From IMG/VR virus record IMGVR_UViG_3300044646_003076: a stretch of DNA of 64,000 nucleotides, one strand, 5' to 3'. Numbering within the stretch: position 1 is the first letter of the stretch; each line of letters starts with the position of its first letter. Under the pieces are notes generated by a model. The model was not told the origin of the DNA, ran no database searches, and worked only from the letters and a program-made list of their open reading frames with translations. The translations under genes were made by a program, and so were the position numbers. The DNA comes from a virus. Shown in pieces: positions 46,285 through 54,906 of the stretch.

Positions 46285-47004
46285 ATGTCTCAATCTCATT
46301 CTTTGTTTGAAGCATATCAGGCCGTTTACACACCTCAAGAGCAAGATGATTATCAACTTGTTTTAGATTATCTTGTTTCTGAGGGATATGTTGATGACGC
46401 GGATGAAGCCGAACTCGTTATTGAACAACTAGAAGACGATGTTATTGATGGTATTCTGGATGAAGTTAAGGGTTGTGGTGGTAAAGTGAATCCCGATAAC
46501 GGAGATTATGAAAATGGTTCTGGTTCTTCTAGGATGATGATGTCTCCTAGAAAGAAAGCTCTCGCTATGGCTAGACGCAAAGAAAATGAGGCAACTACAC
46601 CTCAACATCAGCGTCAAGCCGCTAAGATGCGCAGAGTTGCTAGTAATATGAAGGAAGAATTAGACGAGGCGAACAGAGCAGAAAGAGAATTTAAATTAAA
46701 CGATTCCGAAAAATTAGCAGCTAGAAATACTTCTTCTGCATATTTTAGGGTCTCACCTAAGGATCCCACTTCCCCCAATAGAATTAGAGCAAAGGGCTCG
46801 CTACATGCTGCGGATCAAGAGAAAAGACAAAAAACACACAAAGAAAAAAGAGGCATTAGAGAAGAATTAGACACCTACGATCTGGTTCTAGATTATCTTC
46901 TCTCTGAAGGTTTTGCTGATAATGAAGAAGCCGCTCTTCAGATTATGTCCAATATGAGCGAAGAGTGGATGGAAGAAGCTGTATCTCATTATGTGAATTC
47001 TTGA
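46285..47004 (+). CDS. Hypothetical putative internal head protein with two copies of a D.Y.LVLDYL.SEG domain
   Basis: DDYQLVLDYLVSEGYVDDADEA and DTYDLVLDYLLSEGFADNEEAA; late promoter at 46248. Confidence 0.7.
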   Translation: MSQSHSLFEAYQAVYTPQEQDDYQLVLDYLVSEGYVDDADEAELVIEQLEDDVIDGILDEVKGCGGKVNPDNGDYENGSGSSRMMMSPRKKALAMARRKENEATTPQHQRQAAKMRRVASNMKEELDEANRAEREFKLNDSEKLAARNTSSAYFRVSPKDPTSPNRIRAKGSLHAADQEKRQKTHKEKRGIREELDTYDLVLDYLLSEGFADNEEAALQIMSNMSEEWMEEAVSHYVNS

Positions 47005-47027
47005 AGTCAATATAAAATAAAAAGCAC

Positions 47028-47056
47028 TTGACAAATCGGAGATCTCGTGCTATAGT
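47028..47056 (+). promoter_or_regulatory. Sigma70-like early promoter for the LRV-E/F and gp45 operon
   Basis: TTGACA 47028-47033, 17-bp spacer ending GTGC, TATAGT 47051-47056. Confidence 0.85.
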
Positions 47057-47110
47057 GCCTAGGCGCCTTGAAAATGGGCATCTAGGCAATTTTTATGGAG
47101 TTTTATTATA

Positions 47111-47407
47111 ATGAGTGAAAATCATTTTTGGAGATACAATGAAGATAAGATTATTCGTCAGTTAGAAGAATATCTTAAAGGAACGTATAATCAACACTAT
47201 GTTGATAGAGTTAATGGTGGACAAGAACAAACGCTTGATAAAATCAAATATAACCGAAGAGAAGGTTTTTGTGCCGGGAATGTAACAAAGTATATTGATC
47301 GTTACGACGCAAAAGGAACACCGAGAGCTGATCTCTTTAAAGTTTTGCATTATACGATGTTATTGATCAATCATCTAAATCTTATTGAAAATAATGGACA
47401 AAGTTAA
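47111..47407 (+). CDS. Conserved hypothetical protein (DUF3310/SaV-like) upstream of the sliding clamp
   Basis: WRYNEDKII...TYNQHY; GFCAGNVTKYIDRY..KGTPRADLFKVLHY. Confidence 0.75.
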   Translation: MSENHFWRYNEDKIIRQLEEYLKGTYNQHYVDRVNGGQEQTLDKIKYNRREGFCAGNVTKYIDRYDAKGTPRADLFKVLHYTMLLINHLNLIENNGQS

Positions 47408-47858
47408 ATTAGCTAGAGATCCAAACACAACACCAGAAATCTTAGAACAATTAGCGACTGATGAGGATTATTGGGTTCGTTATCGTGTAGCATATAATCC
47501 AAACATACCAAAAAAAGTTCTAGAACAACTAGCGACCGAAAAGGATTCTAGTGTTCGTGAATGTGTAGCACTAAATCCAAACACAACACAAAAAGTTCTA
47601 GAACAACTGGCGACCGATGAGAATTATCTTGTTCGTGAATGTGTAGCATATAATCCAAACACACCACCAAAAGCACTAGAGCAATTAGCGACCGATGAGT
47701 ATTGGGATGTTCGTTATCGGGTGACACAAAATCCAAACACTCCGATTCATATATTGAAGATTCTCAGTAAAGATAGTGATCGTGAAACTAGAAATAGTGC
47801 ATTGAAAAACTTAAAACCCAAACAATTAGAACTTGATTTATCATTTAAATCTTATTAA
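47385..47858 (+). CDS. LRV/HEAT-like repeat protein E (four repeats; start possibly ATG 47394)
   Basis: Same 26-aa repeat; alternative C-cap NPNTPIHILK. Confidence 0.87.
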   Translation: MKIMDKVKLARDPNTTPEILEQLATDEDYWVRYRVAYNPNIPKKVLEQLATEKDSSVRECVALNPNTTQKVLEQLATDENYLVRECVAYNPNTPPKALEQLATDEYWDVRYRVTQNPNTPIHILKILSKDSDRETRNSALKNLKPKQLELDLSFKSY

Positions 47859-47863
47859 GAATT

Positions 47864-48256
47864 ATGAACAAATTTGAACAAGCAAAAAATCCAAACACAC
47901 CACCAAATGTACTAAAAATTCTAGCGACCGATAAGAATTATTGGGTTCGTTGTTGTGTAGCACATAATCCAAATACTTCAACAAAAACACTTGAACAACT
48001 AGCGACCGATGAGGATTCTTATGTTCGTTGGAGTGTGGCACAAAATCCAAACACTCCAATAAAAACTCTGGAACTACTAGCAACCGATGATAAATGGTAT
48101 GTTCGTCGTGGTGTAGCACTAAACCGAAACACACCACCAGAAATTCTTGAACAACTAGCAACCGATGAAGAATGGGATGTTCGTTATGGAGTATCAATAA
48201 ATCCAAACACTCCGATTCATATATTGAAGAGTCTCACTCAAACAATTAGAACTTGA
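47864..48256 (+). CDS. LRV/HEAT-like repeat protein F (four repeats)
   Basis: N-cap MNKFEQAK; repeats; C-cap NPNTPIHILK. Confidence 0.87.
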   Translation: MNKFEQAKNPNTPPNVLKILATDKNYWVRCCVAHNPNTSTKTLEQLATDEDSYVRWSVAQNPNTPIKTLELLATDDKWYVRRGVALNRNTPPEILEQLATDEEWDVRYGVSINPNTPIHILKSLTQTIRT

Positions 48257-48265
48257 TCTATCATT

Positions 48266-48949
48266 ATGAAATTATCAAAAAACACACTTGACATTTTGAA
48301 CAGTTATAGAGAAATCAATAACTCTATTGTCATCTATCCCGGAAATAAAATTAGAGTAAAAAGCGAAGATAAAAGAATCTTCGCCGAGGCGATTGTAGAA
48401 GAAACTTTTGATCGTGAATTCGGAATTTATGATCTCAAAAATTTTCTAGCTGCCTATAATATTTTGGGAACACCGGAACTGATTTTCTCCAACGAAGATT
48501 ATGTTCGTCTCAAAGAAGGTAGATCTGAGATTAAATATTATTTCTCTTCCAGTGAATTTATCACTTCTATTCCACCGGATAAGGATGTTAGACTGAAATC
48601 CAGAGACGTTTGTATTCAGTTACCACAGTCACAATTCAATAAGATGGCAAAGATGTCAACTTTTGATAGTGATCGCACACACTGGATTGTTGAATTTCTT
48701 GGTGAAGAAGGTGAAATCTATCTGAGAGTCTATCATAAGGATGTTCCAACCTCAACTTCCTATAGTTGTGTTGTAGGAGAAACAGAAAATACATTCTCAC
48801 TCAAGACCTACTTAGATGTTTTTCGTCTCATGAACGGAGATTATGACATCGTTATCTCAAAATCACCATTCTTTCTTGAGGCAACAAACACCAGTAGAAA
48901 TCTCAGATACGTTCTGCCATTATCACCAGAATCAACATACGAGGATTGA
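48266..48949 (+). CDS. gp45: Sliding clamp
   Basis: MKLSKNTLDILNSYREINNSI; FGIYDLKNFL; IKYYFS; YDIVISK. Confidence 0.93.
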   Translation: MKLSKNTLDILNSYREINNSIVIYPGNKIRVKSEDKRIFAEAIVEETFDREFGIYDLKNFLAAYNILGTPELIFSNEDYVRLKEGRSEIKYYFSSSEFITSIPPDKDVRLKSRDVCIQLPQSQFNKMAKMSTFDSDRTHWIVEFLGEEGEIYLRVYHKDVPTSTSYSCVVGETENTFSLKTYLDVFRLMNGDYDIVISKSPFFLEATNTSRNLRYVLPLSPESTYED

Positions 48950-48952
48950 TAA

Positions 48953-49885
48953 ATGAGTTATCAATATCTTTGGGTTCAAAAGTACACTCCACTCACAATT
49001 GAAGAGTGTATTCTACCAGAAGGAATCAAAAAACAGTTTATTGATTTTCGCAATTCACAGCAAGTTCCAAATATGATTCTTGCTGGAGAAAGAGGAATCG
49101 GTAAAACCTCAACAATGATCGCTCTTGCTAAAGAGCTTGAACGCGATCTGATGATTATTAATGGCTCAGACGAAAGAACGATTGATATCATTCGTAATAA
49201 GGTAAAAAATTATGCATCTACCGTATCACTGAATCCGGGTAAGAAGATTCTTCTTATTGACGAAGGTGATAATATGACTAATGATGCACAGTTAGCACTT
49301 AGAGGTTGTATTGAAGAGTTTCAGCGAAATTGCACGTTTGTTTTCACTTGTAATAATCTTAGTGGAATTAAAGAACCTATTCAATCTAGATGTCCACCTA
49401 TTGTTTTTAAGATTCCTGCTAGTGAAAAAGCAAAATTGATGACGGAGTTCTACACTAGAATTCTTAAAATTCTTGAGCTAGAAAACGTTACCTGTGATGA
49501 CAATAAAATTCTTATCAAGTTCATCAATAAGCATTTTCCTGATTTTCGTAGAACTATTCATCTACTAGAGCAAAATTCAAAAAGTGGATCCATCGGAACC
49601 AATCTTTTAGCTCAAGTGTCTGAGATGAACACCACTACTCTTTTCCGACATCTTAAAGAATGTAAATTCTTAGATGTGCGTAAATGGGTTGTTGAGAATC
49701 TAGAAAACGATCCAAATACAATCTTTCGTAAAGTTTACGATGGTCTGGATGATGTTATGGATAAACAGTCAATTCCTGCTGCTATTTTGATTCTTTATGA
49801 TCATATGAATAGCAATGTAATGGATAACGAGATTAACATTCTTGCATGTTTTAGTAAGATTATGATGGAGTGTGAATGGCTGTAG
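48953..49885 (+). CDS. gp44: Clamp loader large subunit
   Basis: LWVQKYTP.TIEECILP; GERGIGKT; IINGSDE; LIDEGD; FTCN...IKEPIQSRC; FPDFRR. Confidence 0.96.
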   Translation: MSYQYLWVQKYTPLTIEECILPEGIKKQFIDFRNSQQVPNMILAGERGIGKTSTMIALAKELERDLMIINGSDERTIDIIRNKVKNYASTVSLNPGKKILLIDEGDNMTNDAQLALRGCIEEFQRNCTFVFTCNNLSGIKEPIQSRCPPIVFKIPASEKAKLMTEFYTRILKILELENVTCDDNKILIKFINKHFPDFRRTIHLLEQNSKSGSIGTNLLAQVSEMNTTTLFRHLKECKFLDVRKWVVENLENDPNTIFRKVYDGLDDVMDKQSIPAAILILYDHMNSNVMDNEINILACFSKIMMECEWL

Positions 49886-50250
49886 AACTTAAAGATTGGA
49901 TTAATTCAATAACTTTTTCCAAAGAAGATCTTTCTGATAACATTTCAGAATATCCTTTCTATATTGTCAATAAAATTTTGGGATCCGATAGAGGATGTGT
50001 GTTGCTTGTCAATGAATTGAACAAGAGATACACAATGCCAGCGGATATGCAATATAAGTTTTTATTGACAGCTATTCCGAGAAAGAAAAGATTCAATCCA
50101 TATCTCAAAAAAAGTAAAGACATGGACATTGAGGCTGTTAAAGAATACTTTAAAATTAGCACTGAAAAAGCAAAAGAATATCTTGAGGTACTTGATGTGG
50201 AGCAAGTACAATCAATTAAACGCCAACTGTTCAAAGGTGGCACTCCATAA
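49876..50250 (+). CDS. gp62: Clamp loader small subunit
   Basis: ELKDWINSI; YPFYIVNK; QYKFLL..IPRKKRF.PYLKK; VKEYFK.STEKA. Confidence 0.93.
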   Translation: MAVELKDWINSITFSKEDLSDNISEYPFYIVNKILGSDRGCVLLVNELNKRYTMPADMQYKFLLTAIPRKKRFNPYLKKSKDMDIEAVKEYFKISTEKAKEYLEVLDVEQVQSIKRQLFKGGTP

Positions 50251-50289
50251 ATACATTATGTTTGTTTTTAAATTTAGGATTTTTGAATT

Positions 50290-50769
50290 ATGAGTACACT
50301 TGATCGCAATTACATTCCATTTGGAGAAGTTGAACCGATTTATGTTTCTTTAAAAGAGCCAGATGATTTTCTAAAAATTCGGGAAACAATTTCTAGAGTC
50401 GGACTTCTCTCTAGACATCAAAACGTTCTTTATCAATCTTGTCATATTCTACACACTCGTAGAGGAACGTTATCTTCTTATCGCATCTGCCATTTTAAAG
50501 AGCTTTTTGGTTTAGATGGCAAGGAAACTACGATTACTCTTGAGGATATGCAGCGTAGATCAACTACAGCAAAACTTTTAGAGCAGTGGGGACTTTTAAC
50601 TATTGTTAATCCTGAAGTATTAGATAAGTATGGTTATTGTCCATTAAATAAGATTAAAGTTGTCAGCTATAAAGAAAAAGTTGATGGTACTTATCGCTTA
50701 GAAGCCAAATATACGATTGGTAATAAGGGCCAGAAACGAGAAGACACCGGTTCGGTATCTCCGACCTGA
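50290..50769 (+). CDS. regA: Translational repressor
   Basis: LKEPDDFLKIRETISRVG; LYQSCHILH; HFKELFGLDGK; IKVVSYKEK...LEAKYTIG. Confidence 0.93.
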   Translation: MSTLDRNYIPFGEVEPIYVSLKEPDDFLKIRETISRVGLLSRHQNVLYQSCHILHTRRGTLSSYRICHFKELFGLDGKETTITLEDMQRRSTTAKLLEQWGLLTIVNPEVLDKYGYCPLNKIKVVSYKEKVDGTYRLEAKYTIGNKGQKREDTGSVSPT

Positions 50770-50787
50770 TAACCACGATAGATAAAT

Positions 50788-50943
50788 ATGAAGACGTTTA
50801 AGCAGTTTTTAGAGATGGTGGATGATTTTAACGCTCCACCTAAAAAGCCCAAAGAGAAGTGCTATAAAACAATCAAATATACAATGGCTCCGGGTGGTAA
50901 AGCCTGCGCTAAACGCTCTTCATCAAGTGCCGCTGGTGATTAA
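50788..50943 (+). CDS. 51-aa peptide with a T4 capsid-targeting-sequence-like N-terminus; absent from the ORF track
   Basis: Translated by hand: MKTFKQFLEMVDDFNAPPKKPKEKCYKTIKYTMAPGGKACAKRSSSSAAGD*. N-terminus resembles T4 internal-protein MKTYQEFIAE. Confidence 0.7.
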   Translation: MKTFKQFLEMVDDFNAPPKKPKEKCYKTIKYTMAPGGKACAKRSSSSAAGD

Positions 50944-51191
50944 ATAGTCAGCGGTTAAATTCACAATATTATTGATTATTATGACAGATGAACAAATTTT
51001 AAATCTTGCTGAAGAATTTAATTTCCAAGAGAGATTTATAGAATACGATAGATTGGGTTTTGAAATTAATGAGTATATTGCCTCAGGAGAAAATTTGATA
51101 GAATTCGCTCTCGCTATTCATAAGATCGGATTTAATAAAGGTTATGCTACCGGTGCCCAACGGTGATTAAAATAGCCTGCGGCTAAATTCA
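50935..51191 (+). repeat. Imperfect 29/30-bp direct repeat with a conserved hairpin flanking one small ORF
   Basis: GGTGATTAAA-TAGTCAGCGGTTAAATTCA (50935-50963) vs GGTGATTAAAATAGCCTGCGGCTAAATTCA (51162-51191). Confidence 0.75.
50981..51166 (+). CDS. Small hypothetical protein (ATG 50981)
   Basis: MTDEQILNLAEEF...NLIEFALAIHKIG; fills the gap between the direct repeats. Confidence 0.7.
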   Translation: MTDEQILNLAEEFNFQERFIEYDRLGFEINEYIASGENLIEFALAIHKIGFNKGYATGAQR

Positions 51192-51209
51192 TTCTAAAGC
51201 GAATACCAA

Positions 51210-51428
51210 ATGAAAGGAACGGTGTCACCCGAACTACGTTATATTTTAAATGATCCTAAACTACGAGAGAAATTTTATTCGGAATTCTTTAATAGAGATA
51301 GAACTGTAGAAAATATCAATATTAAATTGGACGATGATACTCAAATAGCTATTAAAAACTTTGGAAATTTTACAGCTAGAAAAAATAAAAAATCTCGTAA
51401 CATATTAGATTTATTACTAGGATTTTAA
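51210..51428 (+). CDS. Small hypothetical protein
   Basis: 72-aa ORF in the plus-strand run; no recognised motif. Confidence 0.6.
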   Translation: MKGTVSPELRYILNDPKLREKFYSEFFNRDRTVENINIKLDDDTQIAIKNFGNFTARKNKKSRNILDLLLGF

Positions 51429-51473
51429 GCTCACTAACAATTAAAACATAAACATTTTACACAACACACAATT

Positions 51474-51701
51474 ATGAATCCACACGAATCAGATTTACGC
51501 TTTTGCATCTACCAAGAAGCGAGATCAATGCTAGAAAGAGAATATAATGGTAAAATTGAACTAATTGATTTATACCTACGCTCCACAGATAGGGGGATTT
51601 GGAGCAATAAACCATTGGACATGAATCCCAAATATCCATCACCAAAGGACGTTGCTGATTTAGCCAATAGTATTAATAATTTCGTCAATAAAACCGCTTG
51701 A
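51474..51701 (+). CDS. Conserved T4-like hypothetical protein
   Basis: LRF.IYQEA..ML...Y and KYPS..DV..LA..IN.FV pattern seen in small T4-like genes. Confidence 0.7.
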   Translation: MNPHESDLRFCIYQEARSMLEREYNGKIELIDLYLRSTDRGIWSNKPLDMNPKYPSPKDVADLANSINNFVNKTA

Positions 51702-51726
51702 CAAATTAAGAGAAATGTGCTAGAGT
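51698..51726 (+). promoter_or_regulatory. Sigma70-like early promoter for the gp43 operon
   Basis: TTGACA 51698-51703, 17-bp spacer ending GTGC, TAGAGT 51721-51726. Confidence 0.8.
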
Positions 51727-51756
51727 GGATCTTGTTCAAAAGGCAGTTCCACTCTT

Positions 51757-52056
51757 ATGAAAATAAAGTTGGTATATTTAAAAACGGGTGAATATGTTGT
51801 AACGACATTATACCAAGTAACTGAAGGTGAAGATAAAAGTTTACTTTGTTATGTCTTTGATAATCCAAAATCGGTTCTAACAAATTCTGATTGGAGTAAT
51901 GAAACCGATAGTCAACTTACGGTTCAAGCTGCTCTTGTTAGTTGGCCGGCATTCACAAAAGATAAACGAATTGAAGTCTTTCCTGATAATGTTGTAGCTG
52001 TTGTTGAGCCTTCAGATGAGTTAATTAAGTTATATGAGGAATCTATAAATGAGTGA
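51757..52056 (+). CDS. Conserved hypothetical protein upstream of gp43
   Basis: MKIKLVYLKTGEYVV...; WPAFTKD...VFPDNVVAVVEP..EL.KLYEE. Confidence 0.78.
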   Translation: MKIKLVYLKTGEYVVTTLYQVTEGEDKSLLCYVFDNPKSVLTNSDWSNETDSQLTVQAALVSWPAFTKDKRIEVFPDNVVAVVEPSDELIKLYEESINE

Positions 52057-52399
52057 AAAATTTAATAGTGTTGATTTGAACCAATACGATAAAAAAGATA
52101 TTCTAACAAAACTTCTGGTTTTTCCTGATGGTTCAGTCTTAATCAGTAAACTTGTATATATCGCACCTCTTGATATTGGTGAACCTGATATTGTTCTAAT
52201 TGAGCCACACGTAATTAGTGAAAATATTGTTCAAGATGTTCTTACTGAAGAAACACAAAGAACAACACCCTCATTGACTCCTTGGTTATTTGATTATGCC
52301 GATATCAATCAGAATCAATTCTATATTCACAGTGATAAGATTCTGACCATGGCAACACCGAAAGCTGAAGTATTAGATGAGTATAATAAGAGGTTTTGA
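52049..52399 (+). CDS. Conserved hypothetical protein upstream of gp43 (probable paralogue of the previous gene)
   Basis: VLISKL...DIGEPD..LIEP; LTPWL; IHSDKILTMATPK..VLDEY. Confidence 0.78.
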   Translation: MSEKFNSVDLNQYDKKDILTKLLVFPDGSVLISKLVYIAPLDIGEPDIVLIEPHVISENIVQDVLTEETQRTTPSLTPWLFDYADINQNQFYIHSDKILTMATPKAEVLDEYNKRF

Positions 52400-54900
52400 T
52401 GAAGTGGTACACGAGTGTAAAGAGGTCAGGTAATAAACTTTATATTAGAGGTAATTATGAAGGTGTTCCTTATTCAGATGTAGTAGAATATCAGCCAACA
52501 CTTTATCTTCCTTCAAAAACTCCAACTGATTATAAAAATCTAGCGGGTGAATACTTAAGACCAATTAAACAACCATCTATTCGGGATCTAAGAGGCTTTC
52601 TTGAAAAGTATAAAGATGTAGATGGTTTTAGTGTTTATGGTAATGAGAATCCGATTTATCAATATATCGCAGACGAGTTTCCGGGTAAAATTGAGTTTGA
52701 TATGAATAATATCAAAACTTATTATTTGGATATTGAGACTACATCCGAACACGGTGGTATTGATGTTGATGCAGCAAGAGAGCAAATTCTTCTTGTTACA
52801 TTGATGGATTATAAGACCAAAAAATCAATTACCTTCGGATCAAGAACGTTCACTAAAAGAGTAGAAAACAACACATATATTGAATGTAAAGACGAAGCTG
52901 ATCTTCTTAAAAAGTTTCTTATTTTCTGGGAAAAATCTTATCCTGAGATTATTTCAGGATGGAATATTGAGACCTTTGACTTACCATATCTGATTCGTAG
53001 AATTGAAAAGACTCTAGGTGAAAACAGTGTAAAAATGCTTTCTCCTTGGAAGATTGTAAGACCAAAGGAGATTATTGATCGCAGAACCGGAAAGACTCAA
53101 AATGCCTTTGATATCTTTGGTGTCAATATTATTGACTATCTTCCGTTCTTTAAAAAATACGCAGGTATCGGTGTAGAAAATAATAAACTGGATACTGTTG
53201 CAAAAGAGGTTCTTAAAGAGAGCAAATTAGATCACGAGGAATACGATACCTTTGCCGATTTTTATACCAAAAACTGGGATCTGTTTGTAGAGTATAACAT
53301 CGTTGATACAGTTCTTATTGATAAGCTAGAGAAGAAACTTAGACTCATTCAGCTTGCTGTTACACTCGCATTAGATTCAAAAGTTAATCCTGAAGACACT
53401 CTTTCACAAGGAAGAATGTGGGATGCAATCATCTATAACTTTCTTCTGGCTAAAAATATTATTATTCCCGTTCGTTCTGAGCCACAGATTAAAGATGAGA
53501 AGTTCAAAGGAGCATTCGTAAAACCACCACAAATCGGTAAATTTAAGTGGGTAACTACCTTTGACGTTTCTTCTCTGTATCCTTCTCTTATTAGAACATA
53601 CAATATCAGTCCCGAAACTCTAGTAGAAGAGAGAAATTCTACCGTTTCTATTGAATCTATTGTTGATGAGACTTTTAAGCTTGAACCGAAATATTCAAAT
53701 TATTCGGTTTGTCCTAACGGTTCAATGTATAGAAAGGACTTTCAGGGATTTCTTCCTAAGATTATGGAGGAGATGTTCAATGAGAGAAGCGTCTATAAGA
53801 AAAAAATGCTTGAATACCAAAAGCAATATGAGCTTACTCCAACTACGGAATTGGAAGAACTTATCGCTACTTATAGAATTCTTCAAGAATCAAAGAAGCA
53901 ATGTCTTAACTCAGCTTTTGGATCTCTTGGTAATAATTACTTTAGATTTTACGACATTAGAAACGCCGAAGCGATTACCAGTTCGGGTCAAGCTGCCATT
54001 AAGACCGTAGAAAAGCATATGAACGCTTATCTACAAAAGATTTCTGGTAGTAATAAGGATATGGTTATTGCCGGTGATACTGATAGTGCAATCGTTTATC
54101 TTGAACCAATAGTAGACAGAATCTTCAAGAATAAAAATCCAACCGAAGAAGAGATTATTAACTTTCTTTGCTCTATTTGTGATAATCAAGTCCAAAAAGT
54201 AATTCAAAATATCTTTAGTGATCTTTCAGAAACTACGAATGCATTTGAAAATCATCTGCATATGAAGAGAGAAAAAATCTGCTCATCTGGATTATGGAAA
54301 GCTAAAAAGAACTATATTCTTAATGTATGGGATAATGAAGGTGTTCGCTATTCAGAACCAAAGATTAAAATCAGTGGCATTGAGGCAGTTAAAACCTCAG
54401 TTCCCGCTATCTGCCGTGAACGAGTGAGAAAGGCTATTGATTGCATTATGAATAAGAACGAGGATGATCTTATTGATTTTATTCAGGAGTTCAGAAAAGA
54501 GTTCTTCAGTCTTTCACCTGAGGAGATTGCATCACCAAGAAGAGTTAGCGATATTGATAAGTGGTCAAGTCCTCTGACTACATACATCAAGGGAACTCCC
54601 ATTCAAGCCAGAGCCGCGATTCTATACAACAAACTATTACAAGAAAAGAATCTTCTAAACAAATATCCAGTCATTAAAAACGGTGAAAATCTTAAATTCT
54701 GTTATTTGAGATTACCGAATCCCATAAGAGAAGATGTTATCGGTTTTGTTCAAAAATTCCCCAAAGAGCTTGGACTTGAAAAATATGTAAATTATCAGCT
54801 TCAGTTTGAATTATCATTCATCAATCCACTTAAGAAAATCTTGGATGTTATTGGATGGAGAACTGAAAAATCTTATACCCTAGACGACTTATTCAATTAA
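52396..54900 (+). CDS. gp43: Family B DNA polymerase
   Basis: ExoI LDIETTS, ExoII SGWNIETFD, ExoIII YNIVD; Pol motifs TFDVSSLYPS, KQCLNSAFG, AGDTDS, KKNY. Confidence 0.98.
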   Translation: MMKWYTSVKRSGNKLYIRGNYEGVPYSDVVEYQPTLYLPSKTPTDYKNLAGEYLRPIKQPSIRDLRGFLEKYKDVDGFSVYGNENPIYQYIADEFPGKIEFDMNNIKTYYLDIETTSEHGGIDVDAAREQILLVTLMDYKTKKSITFGSRTFTKRVENNTYIECKDEADLLKKFLIFWEKSYPEIISGWNIETFDLPYLIRRIEKTLGENSVKMLSPWKIVRPKEIIDRRTGKTQNAFDIFGVNIIDYLPFFKKYAGIGVENNKLDTVAKEVLKESKLDHEEYDTFADFYTKNWDLFVEYNIVDTVLIDKLEKKLRLIQLAVTLALDSKVNPEDTLSQGRMWDAIIYNFLLAKNIIIPVRSEPQIKDEKFKGAFVKPPQIGKFKWVTTFDVSSLYPSLIRTYNISPETLVEERNSTVSIESIVDETFKLEPKYSNYSVCPNGSMYRKDFQGFLPKIMEEMFNERSVYKKKMLEYQKQYELTPTTELEELIATYRILQESKKQCLNSAFGSLGNNYFRFYDIRNAEAITSSGQAAIKTVEKHMNAYLQKISGSNKDMVIAGDTDSAIVYLEPIVDRIFKNKNPTEEEIINFLCSICDNQVQKVIQNIFSDLSETTNAFENHLHMKREKICSSGLWKAKKNYILNVWDNEGVRYSEPKIKISGIEAVKTSVPAICRERVRKAIDCIMNKNEDDLIDFIQEFRKEFFSLSPEEIASPRRVSDIDKWSSPLTTYIKGTPIQARAAILYNKLLQEKNLLNKYPVIKNGENLKFCYLRLPNPIREDVIGFVQKFPKELGLEKYVNYQLQFELSFINPLKKILDVIGWRTEKSYTLDDLFN

Positions 54901-54906
54901 AAATTT

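Noticed and set aside
37868-48256. Diversity-generating retroelement as the source of LRV variability
   Set aside because: No reverse transcriptase or non-coding template repeat is seen in the window, and the variable codons differ at C, G and T as well as A positions. The NGT series at repeat position 23 is suggestive but insufficient. An RT elsewhere in the genome cannot be excluded.
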